A stretch of DNA of 64,000 nucleotides from Lingula anatina. Lineage: Eukaryota; Animalia; Brachiopoda. The translations under genes and the position numbers were made by a program. The stretch spans positions 6,820,001-6,884,000 of the forward strand of contig CM120640.1 of the NCBI GenBank assembly GCA_051362555.1. The letters are read 5' to 3'. The notes under the pieces are model-generated. The model ran no database searches, was not told where the DNA came from, and worked only from the letters and a program-made list of their open reading frames with translations. Numbering within the stretch: position 1 is the stretch's first letter; each line of letters begins with the position of its first letter. Positions 12,687 to 23,164 of the stretch are shown here, piece after piece.

Positions 12687-15600
12687 TCACATTGAAGTTA
12701 ACCGTTCCTCTTCGTTCCCGTCATTTTTTTCCGGAATCTGTATACGTGTAAATAAACTTTTTGGTTCATTCTTATTTAGTAATTAGTAATATGTTGCCTT
12801 CAAATTAAATATAGAATAACCTTTATAGTTTGTGGACTTTAACGTTATAAGTATACGATTTACAACTGAAACTTTTATTTTCTGAAAAACAGTACATTTT
12901 TTATAAAAAGCCAATGAAAATTTGTCTATAATACTTACTGTGAGCAATGTGCTTGATGACAATTGGTGATGCAAAGTCTTGCACTTGCTGCACGCTGAAA
13001 CGGAAAATAACTATAATTACAGGGTGAAGGTAAAATATTACCAGCCACTTCAACTGGGTCTGCATCTTGTGAGTTCACCCTGACTTAAACATATCACGAG
13101 AGGAACAGATTAATATCAAAAGAAAAATACACATGGGACGTCCAGGTAACTATCTCCAATATGAAGGAGCGATTTTGGGTCTTCAAAAATACGCAACGAA
13201 ATGCTTACCATGTCGACTGATAAACTCGTCTGCAACCCAGTTTCCGTGATGATGCTCTTTATTTGATCCAGTGTCTTCTCCCAAAACGCCATTTTCTTTT
13301 GTCTCTATTGGTGTTCCTCCCTGTCTGACTATGTAGTGGTAAACAAACGTGGCTAGGCAAGCTCCAGCAATAGGGCCGACCCAGTACAGCTATATAAAAA
13401 TGATTCGGAAAAGAGTGAGGAGTATATTCTAGTCATGTTTATTTGGTTAATTTGTATATGGCCTGAGTCTCTTTATGCTAGCATACGCAAATGATAACCA
13501 ACAAAGGTAGTTCTCAAAAGGTTTTTTGTGCGCGCGCGTGTATTATACGTAGCAAACTCACCCAACTATGCTCCCATTGGCCAGCTATGAAGGAACGCCC
13601 AAATGATATACACGGGTTCAGCATCGTACCAGATAAATCTGCCTAAAATATCAAAACATCAGTGGTAATCATTATTGACTGTGCATTATCAATTCATACT
13701 TGACTATGATATAGGGAGAATTTACCCGTTATTAACATAAACCAGATTAAAAGTGTGCGTTTAATAGAATACAGAAAAGCTAATGATTATACTTTGGAAA
13801 CAAGAGGAGGCGTGTTAATCTGATTGCATTCAGCGATAGTCCCCACGAAGTTGGGTCGATCTACGTAGACTGATAGTTTCATTGGGAATGAGCCCTAGAC
13901 TGATCAACTCACCCCGGTAACGATGGCTACTGTCACCCACAGTCCGATGGACAGTCCCCAGGATGGGTCATATGGGTGATAGTGGGTATCAATAGACCCC
14001 AGAGCAACGAAGACCAGGACAAATGTGTTAAACACTTCGATTCCAAAAGCTTGTGCCAGAGTCACTTCATGATGATGTCGTATGTAGCCGCTGATCTGAC
14101 GACCGGGTGGAACGAACCTGAGGGAAAGAAGAAATTATTGGAAATAAATAAAATCTGCTCCAATGTGTCATCGTCCTTGCATGAGTGATCTTGTTTTCAC
14201 TCACACATAATAGTTAAATGTAAAATCCCTTTGCCAGTTAAATACTCGATCATGCAGGGAAAAGCAAATATTTCAGCATTCATCTCTGTGTATAAATGTC
14301 TCTAAAATAGAGGAATTTACTGGGAACAACTACTTAGACGCTGTTAGTGCTATTTTTTAATTGCGTTTACTCTACTGCGAAATTTCCATTGACGCTGCTC
14401 TTACGCTTCAGGCAGCCATGCTCCCAAAACTGCTCCGGTACACTGGGCAACGACATATATCAGCGCTACAAATTAAAAAGGCACTTAGACTGGGTTTCAT
14501 TTCTAAATAGCAAGATACAGATACCAATTCGCAAAATAACGATTTTAAAATTACGATGGATAGTTTTCTTTTTTCTCCAAACAAAACATTATCAGAAGTA
14601 CCAACTGTGAATAAAGGAATTTAGGCATCTTTTCTCGTGAAAATAAACTGATGATCAATAAGTACAATTTGTGATAAATGAAGAAAGAAATAATTAAATA
14701 CAATGTAAATAGAAAAAAACGAGGACGGTTCCTCGAATTTGTAATACAAGTTATTAACCGGTGTTAATGGCACAGTAGTTTAAGATAGCGGCAGGTGTTT
14801 TTGTCACGTTACCTTTCAGAGGAGTGAACTGCTTAGAAATGAGGAGTGCCAGACTCACTGCAGGGTTGATGTGTGCGCCGCTGACGTGACCAATAGCAGC
14901 AACAATACAGTACACGCAGAAGCCTGGAAAAGCACTGTGGCATGTTTATCAGAAACTAAAGCTGAACATATGAAGCTTTGAATTTCAATTTACTCTGCTC
15001 TGCCTCTGTCCGGCATGTGGCGTATATATGTACCTGTAGCATAGTTGTACACTTTTAACTTGCTAGCTTAAACATTCAATTAACCTTTAAACATTTTCAA
15101 AACAAGAATTCATTGTCCGTAGCTCACATAATTGTCATTTAATTAAAAGATGTAAACAATCTAAAGCAGCTTATATGAACATTTTAATAATGATTTTATT
15201 CAATAGGACACTTTTGCTTGGCAAATGCGCGTTTTCATGAACTGCGTCAACCAAATCCGGCATAGTGTAGGCAATAACAGATGTGGCTGCAGCTGGGATT
15301 TTAAAACGTGTAATGCCCCTATTTCACACAGACCACGAATCCCACGAATGGCCATAAATTGACAAATTTCACGATTCGTGGTTGAATCGTAATCAGTTCG
15401 TGAAGTTCTTAACAGATTCGTATATATTCGTAGTCAGTTCTTGCACTTCTTGACCAACAGGAATGGGTGGCAAAAACTTTGATGCCCCTATTTCACACAG
15501 ACCACGAATCCCACGAATCGCCAGGAATTGAAAATTTGGTTGAATCGTTATCAGTTCGTGAAGTTCTTAACAGATTCGTATATAATCGTAGGAAGTTCTT

Positions 15601-16970
15601 GCAATTCTTGATCAATCGGGAATTCGTGGCAAAAATTTTGAGCTGTTCATAGTTTTGGCCACGAACTCCCGATTCCAAAAAATCGTAGTGAATTTCTGGA
15701 CAATATTCGTGCGATTCCAGCCGAATCCCACGAATATTCGTAACACTATCGCACCTGTATCGTAACTGAATCGTAGAGCGTGTCGAATTAGACCAGAAAA
15801 TTGGCAAAATCTCACGATTCCAGCCGAATCCCACGAATATTCGTAACACTATCGTACCTGTATCGTAAGTGAATCGTGAGCGTGTCGAATAAGACCAGAA
15901 AATTGGCAAAATCTCACGAATCCTAAAATTTGTCAATTCCTGGCGATTCGTGGGATTCGTGGCCTGTGTGAAATAGGGGCCTAAGGCACCATTTGACAGT
16001 TTTACCAAATTAGAAGTTACAATAATAAGTTCATCCAACCACAGCTAAAAGCTGTCTGTTGTAAAACACAGTTGATGGGATCGTTTACTGGCTTTTATGG
16101 ACCAGCGAAAACATTTAGGTAATTTATCTCACACTGATACACGAAAAATTAAAAGTTTATATATGGAGTAAATTGGTTATTTCTTTTCTTGTGTGTGTTT
16201 GAACCAGAACAATGATTTAACCTTCGTTAAAGTGGAACCATAGTCTTAAAGCTTATAGTAAATTTTTTTGTGAAACCGGCTCATGGACTGGCTTTGAGGT
16301 TTAAGTATGAAAGGTATGGAAGTTAGTCAACCTTATCCTCGTTATGCCTTATCCCAGTCCTCGTTATATACGCTATCCCAATAAAGAGAAACTGAAGGTC
16401 CGAGTAACAGAGAGCACACCCCCATTAGCTTCATACAGGTAAGAAAAGCGCCACGTAAATGGGTCAAAATGAGCTTACCTGTACACATTTTAAACAAGAC
16501 AAATACAAATGTACTTGTTAAAATCGGTGAGAACTAGAGTCCAGTATCACAAGAGACCATCTCGATGTACGCTTGTATTAAATACCTTGAAATATTAGGA
16601 ACATATGTCACTAGCAAATTGACTTGAACTGCTTAAAGTCGTATTCTCAAATAAAAAGGTATAACTACGTTGTGTACGCTATTTGTTATTTTCTATGGGT
16701 AAAACACCAGGGGGCTTTGGTGTAAGTAAGCTTTTCGGTTTTGTCTATAAGCTTTAGTATGGAGGACATCTTACCCATTCCTACCGCAATTCCTAAAGTC
16801 GTAACATATTTGGGACAGTCAGCTAGGGCAATCGTCAACAACAAACCGTTAGTTACGAGAATTAACGATCCTATTATTTCTGCGCACACGGCTCTCCAGA
16901 ACTGAAGTGTTTTAATGTCTTTTATTTCACTTCGGAAGTGATCTAAGACTCTCTCCTTCCAGATTCCCAT
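12687..16970 (-). CDS. Aquaporin (MIP family) copy A, 313 aa, NPA / NPC motifs
   Basis: Exons 16970-16775, 14923-14813, 14465-14405, 14117-13913, 13642-13562, 13389-13209, 12994-12939, 12737-12687; all GT-AG, 942 nt open. Motifs [50 protein letters not shown]; ends RLTSM*. Confidence 0.95.
15314..15981. mobile_element. PIF/Harbinger-type MITE in intron 1 of aquaporin A
   Basis: TIR (T/G)GCCCCTATTTCACACAG, TAA on both sides (15311-15313, 15982-15984), absent at the homologous site of copy B (~27210). The left ~170 bp is present twice (second start 15483). Confidence 0.85.
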
Positions 16971-17047
16971 CGCGTTCGTTGTGGTCAAGACGTTGAGCTT
17001 GTTGACAAGAGATTGGAAGAATGCCGTACACTTGTCTGTGCTGTTGG

Positions 17048-17137
17048 AACTGAACACCCGCTGAGCAAGCGAGGGATTTTATACGCGCACGCCCACTGAT
17101 ATATCTTTTATAGGAGCAGTGGTGGAGGAGGCGGAGT
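17048..17137 (-). promoter_or_regulatory. Core promoter of aquaporin A (GC box, TATA, Inr)
   Basis: Minus strand TATAAAA (17083-17077) lies 32 nt upstream of the A of Inr TCAGTT (17053-17048). GC-box-like GAGGCGGAGT at 17128-17137. Same layout in all three copies. Confidence 0.75.
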
Positions 17138-18902
17138 CTACGGTAGTTGGTTGTGAGCACTTTGACATTCTTTTACATAATAAATTTTATGATGCAAATT
17201 TAAGTTTTAAGTAGCCCCAGAATTCCTCGTGAATGGAAAGACCCCCCACCCCCAGGCCCAACGCAGCTCATGAATGCCTGTTGTTCGTAAAAAGACCACT
17301 GGGTTTGTGTCAGGTATGTTCCTTATAAAATTACAATTTAAAGAAAGATAACACGCACCTTTTACCGAAGTCACGTGCGAGGTCTTTGGCACCCTTGTAT
17401 CTCATCGATAAAACGAAAGACAGCTTCCAGTATGAAAAACTTTCGACAAAAAAAATGGAGATTTATTTAAGAACGACATGCTAATGCGGCATATTAGTGT
17501 TAGGTATATCACGTTTTATTCTGACAGTTTTTAAGAATGCATCTTAGCTAAAAGCTACGTGTATCCTTGCACCATAGTCCAATGAAACGTGTCCGTGGGT
17601 TTTATTTGAGCGATTTCTGAAAGATGGAATCTGCATGGTCATGTCGCTTTGAAAAAATTCCTGCACTCTTTGGATCTCAAAAGTACCTTTACTTGAATAA
17701 AAAATAAAAAGAAGCGACGTGCCATGTAATGTTGTTTTTGGCTTTCGCGACATGCATTTTTCTTATTAAACATGGTGTCCTTGAATAAAAACGGTCGTGC
17801 CACAAGCACAGATTAAGTAGAAGAAAGATCAAATGATTTGTATGTAAGAATGGAGATAATGGAAAGAATGGAATGTGTAAAGGAATAAGAAAATGATAAG
17901 GGTCATTAAAGCTATGCCCCTCTTAACTGCCAATTGTAAATGCAAATTAAATATGTTCAACATGTCCCGAATAGGCAAAAGTAACCTTGCATTATCGATT
18001 GCCAAACAAGTATCACAAAGTGCAGGGATGTCAAAGAGGCCTGAAATGATCCGTCTGCATGTACCGGTAGCAAAGGTGATCCCTCGACACCCTACTGCGT
18101 TTTCATAATCTCAAGACTAACTAACTTGTCTTTACTACAAGTATTTCTGAGTGCCATTGATAAAAAACACCAATAGGCGGTCCGCTTTCATATGGGTGCA
18201 GTAAAACATCATTATCATTAGCTTAAACATAAAAGATGATTCTCCGCGAACGTAACGTGCCTTACTTAAAAAGGATGTCATTACCAACGGTGCCGACATG
18301 TGCATAAAACTATGAAAATGACGTTGGGTTTGAAAATTGTTCAATACCTTTTTACTTTTAGAGCCATTGTGTTAGATGGATTTAAAATGCAATTTGGCTT
18401 TGACCTAGGGCCCCATTCCTACAGCTATGCCATGTGAGCACAATCCAAGCACAATCCATTGTCGAGTATTGCAGTGTGAGCAATCAAAAAATAAAAAATA
18501 AATAAAATAATAATAAGAAGAAGGATTATTTTGAATTATAGACTACATCTTAAATGTTTCTAGTAAAACATTCTGTACTAATGTCTTGTTCCAAAATATA
18601 GAGTATGTGCTATTTAAAAGAGAAAATTAAGACAAAGCCCATAAAATTACTTTTTTTACTCAGTTAAGAAGCTGAACTATTTACAGCTTTCGGTACAGGT
18701 ATAATGGTTATGGAGGCTTTTCCAAGAAAACGAGGCTTGGGATGATCTACCGTAAGTATTATAAAGAAACAGTCTAAACAGACCCGATCAATGTCTTTTT
18801 AGGTGTGATATAGCTGCTATCTTTTCAATTATGTAAAATAACGCACTCGCTGAAGAAAGGTGTAGAATAAAATGGATTTTTAAAAATTCATTTTATTAAT
18901 AT

Positions 18903-21525
18903 TGTAACGCGACGCGGCCGTCCGCCTCGAGTCGGCGACGACACCCCGACGCGGTGTGGGATTGATGTTGCCTGTACCTTGGGGAAAGTCTATCCCCAAC
19001 CTTCGGAAATAAAAAGACATGTATTACATTTCCAATATGATTATTAAATCTCCAAACATTGAATACAAAAATTCATGCAATATAAACGTGACTTATGGCC
19101 ACAATAGTTCATGCATTTCCAAGTATCCTTTAACGTGACTTATGGTCATTAAAGTTCATAAATTTCAAATGTTGCGCGCGACGACAGCATCTGGGTAGTA
19201 AAACGAAGACAACGAAGACAGCTCTGGTAGCGTCGTAGCTCGCGTAGTTTTCTTATGGGTAGCGCAGCGGTTCCCGTAGATCGCGTATCTTCTCATATGA
19301 ATTATCGTACGTAGTCAGCTTATGGTAGCGTCGTGGCTCGCGTAGTGTCACTCATCTCCGTGGTGCTGTCCGTTCTGTAATTCTCTCTTCAAGATGTTGT
19401 CCTCATGGTAGGGAGTTCATACCGCATCGCACGGCCGCAGGCGCTAGGGGAATCCAAGTCAGCTCTCGGTGTGCACCCTCTCCCGACAGCCCGATTCCAG
19501 CTTCACCAGCTCTGATGTGGATGCGGCGATACTCTCTACCAGAAATACGCTAGGGTGCGGGTCAAATGATACCAACTCAATACTGACAATCTTTCCGGTC
19601 ACCAGTGACGAGGGCGCGGGGGATCGACGCGGCCTTCAAACCAATCAGTGGAGATTTTGGCGGCGATGAAACCCTTTGACTCGGGACCAGTGTTCGTTGG
19701 CACCGAAAGAGCAAGGTTAATCTTCGCATATCACAAGCCAACATTTTCCACTCCCTGGGCACCGTCTGTTCCGTGTGAAATCTCCGAACTCGCATGGGCG
19801 GGGACGGGGGGTTCGCAGGGAAGCACCGTAAGGGATCAGCCCGCTACGGCCTTACGTCCCGTGGCAGGGGTTGGACAATCTTCACCACGTCTCCGTTTCT
19901 AAGGTCACAGTCGGCTGGCATCCACTCGACTCCTCCGGATGGACACACTGAACTAAAGAAACAAAAGCAAAATCTGCCCCTTCACACGGGGTAACTCGAC
20001 TCCCTTCACACGGTAGTAACACTCTTGGGCTGGAACTCGGCATTAGACCCAAGTGGACGTCCGCTCTACTATGGCGCCCCGGACCCGGCCGGCTTTTCAC
20101 CCGGGGTCGTCATCCACAATAATTGCAACATCCTTGGCACAGCTCTACCAAGGGGTCCCAGACCGTTATGCTGCATAAGCCCATGGCCCGGAAGACACTG
20201 AAGAGGTTCCGCCCAGCCAACTGTTAACTCAGAGAAACTCAAATCACGTTGATTAGTAATCTTACCGGAGAGTAACTCTCCCATTATGCACTGTGCTAGA
20301 CACTGGTTATTTAACTATCAAAGTTATTTCCTACAATGGTCTTACATCTTAGCATTGTCTACACTAGCTAGTGAAATTTAAAGAGGTCCCTAACTCCCTC
20401 TGAAAGACTCACTATGCCGACCTTGTCTGTCCATAGCCAAACATAGCTCGCCGGCGTGTATAACATTATTTTCTTAAATCTGCCCTCCCATTCACAGACT
20501 AAAACTTTAGATAAATGCAGTTAAATCTCTCCCCAATTGACTAGCGTAACAACTTATCATGCGTACAGTAAAATCCTCCCCCCATATACTAGGGTAACAC
20601 TGAACACTGATTCCATTAGCAGATAACTCAAAACAAGGACCTAGCGTTAAGTTACGCTGTAGTTAAACTAAGCTTAATTATAAGTGATAAATATGACCCT
20701 ACGACGTTATCCCTAAAACAACCAACATGCCTTAACTATGACTGAAATGACGTGGTCATTAGATGACAACATGGAATGACTGACGTTGTCTCTGACGACA
20801 ACAAGACGCTGTCCCTAAAAGATTACTTAACTTAACTATGACTGAAATGACGTGGTCATTAGATGACAACATGGAACGACTGACGTTGTCATTGACGACA
20901 ACATGACGTTGTCCCTAAAAGACAACATAACTTAACTATGACTGGAATGACGTGGTCACTAGATGACAACATGGAATGACTGACGTTGTCATTGACGACA
21001 ACATGACGTTGTCCCTAAAAGACAACCAAACTGAACTATGACTGGAATGACGTGGTCATTAGATGACAACATAGAATGACTGACGTTGTCTCTGACGACA
21101 ACATGACGTTGTCCCTAAAAGACAACATAACTATGACTGGAATGACGTGGTCATTAGATGACAACATGGAATGACTGACGTTGTCATTGACGACAACATG
21201 ACGTTGTCCCTAAAAGACAACCAAACTTAACTATGACTGGAATGACGTGGTCATTAGGTGACAACATGGAATGACTGACGTTGTCTCTGACGACAACATG
21301 ACGTTGTCCCTAAAAGACAACCAAACTTAACTATGACTGGAATGACGTGGTCACTAGATGACAACCTAGAATAATTGACGTTGTCTCCGAGGACAACGTG
21401 ACTTAACTACGACTGGAATGACGTGGTCATTTTATGACAACATGGAATGGTTAGAAAGGAAAATAAGCGAAAATGAAATAATAAATAAAAACTGCCCTAC
21501 GCTTAGCCTTAACTACTCACTGCTG
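18903..21525. mobile_element. GC-richer insertion with one LTR-like end (TGTAAC...), probably a truncated non-coding LTR element
   Basis: Interrupts the aquaporin spacer homology exactly at TGTAACGCG. It has internal short direct repeats and a tandem array. I found no second LTR, TSD or recognisable gag/pol. Confidence 0.45.
20700..21450. repeat. Tandem array, ~100-bp unit, about 7.5 copies
   Basis: Unit AACTATGACTGGAATGACGTGGTCATTAGATGACAACATGGAATGACTGACGTTGTC...CCCTAAAAGACAAC; anchor TGACGTGG at 20748, 20848, 20948, 21048, 21143, 21243, 21343, 21419. Confidence 0.95.
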
Positions 21526-23164
21526 TTAAGGAATTGGAAAATGGTTGTGGGTTATTAAAGCTGTACTTCTGTTAACTGCCAATTGTAAATGCAAATTAAA
21601 TATGTTCAACATGTCCCGAATAGTTAATAGTAACCTTGCATTATCGATTGCCAAAAAAGTATCATAAAGTGCAGGAATTTCAAAGAGGCTTGAAAGGATC
21701 CGTGAACGAGTTGTTTCTACCAAAGGTGATCCCTCGACACCCTTCTTTTTCTTAATATCAAAACTCACTAAATTGCCTTTACTACAAGTATTTCTGAGTG
21801 TAATTGATAAAAAAATACCAAGAGATGGCCTGCTTTCATATGGGTGCAGTAAAACATCATTATCATTAGCTTAAATATAAAGGGTGATTTCCGCGTAGGT
21901 AGCACTTCACGTAACGTGCCTTACATGAAAATGATGTCATCACCAACGGTGCCAACATGTGCGTAATGCTATGAAAATTACGTTGGGTTTGAAAATTGTT
22001 CAATTTATTTTTTGTTTTAGAGGCTTCGTGCAAGAAAGATTAAAAATGTAATTTGGCCTTGACGCAGGGTTCAGTGTTACAGCTATGCCATATGAGAGCG
22101 CATCCAAACACAATCCCTTCTCGGGTATTGCAGTATGAGCAAAAAAAAAGTTAACAATTATTTTGATTTATACATTTTGAATATTCCTAGCAAAACATTC
22201 CGTACTAATGTTTTGTTTTCAAATAAAGAGTGTGTGTGCTTTTTAAAGGAGAAAATTAAAACAAATGCCTATAAATTACTTTTTTTCATTCAGTTAAACT
22301 ATTTGACATCTTTAAAGCCAAATTTATTGCTTTGAATATGAGTGTTGAGAAGCCCTAGGTGGGAGATGTTTGTGTACAATGACCAATGACTTTTTCATGC
22401 TAAATTGACAAAAACTGTTTTAGATTTGTTTTAAAACGAAATTTTGAAATATACAGAATCTGGGGCGTCTTATTACAAAGTACTGATGGCGGCTCCACTG
22501 TACACCCTGCGAACGTTCATCATCACCATGTCGGCTAATATTGAAATCGGTACAGGTACAATGGTTATGGAGGACTTTCCATGAATGCGAAGCTTGGGAT
22601 TATCTACTAGTAGAGGTATATAGAAACAGTTTAAAGGATTATACGTATTGGTTTATTTTCGTTTCTTAATATTGTTGCTCTCCTTTTATTTGAAATAATG
22701 TACTCACTGAAGAGGGCTGTACATAGAATGTAAACTTATTTCAATACTATTTTTAATTCGCTTTAAATATATACTGTAAAATAATATTTAGATATAACTC
22801 CCTAAAAAATGAAAGATTGAATATTTCTTTCTGGTGGTAATACATAACTATATTACTGATATAAGTTATTTATGAATGAAACAAAACTTAAATACGTCAT
22901 AAATTAATTTATCAATGTACCATTGTGAAATGTACCATTGTACTATTGTGAAATTTAATCAGAATTTAGCTCAATCTAATATAGAGTGTAATCAAGATGT
23001 TTTAATACTGTTGCTGTCTGTTTCTCGAAGATATTACACGTTAAGGTCTTAAGGTAAAGGACACCTGCGGTTTTAAACCGAGGTCAAAGGTGACTCCATG
23101 TCAGTCGTGTTCTTGTTGGACAGTTGAAAGACTTCTGACAGCTTGTCTTTGGCGGTCCACTGGG

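Noticed and set aside
14347-14610. ORF 'conserved' with 26140-26373
   Set aside because: Antisense to aquaporin exon 3 and intron 2; the similarity reflects the recent gene duplication.
15493-16038. 181-aa ORF
   Set aside because: Lies almost entirely in a MITE with internal duplications, has no domain, and is absent from the paralogous introns.
16971-17057. N-terminal extensions of the aquaporin exon 1 ORFs in the ORF track
   Set aside because: They start at GTG/TTG within the inferred 5' UTR or at the Inr; the first ATG shared by all three copies is the MG(I/T)WKE start.
19567-20080. Possible primer-binding sites (TGGTATCA on minus at ~19567; TGGCGCCC on plus at ~20072)
   Set aside because: Only 8-nt matches and not adjacent to a CA-ending LTR.
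20700-21450. CRISPR-like array
   Set aside because: Whole units repeat with no unique spacers, there are no cas genes, and the context is eukaryotic.
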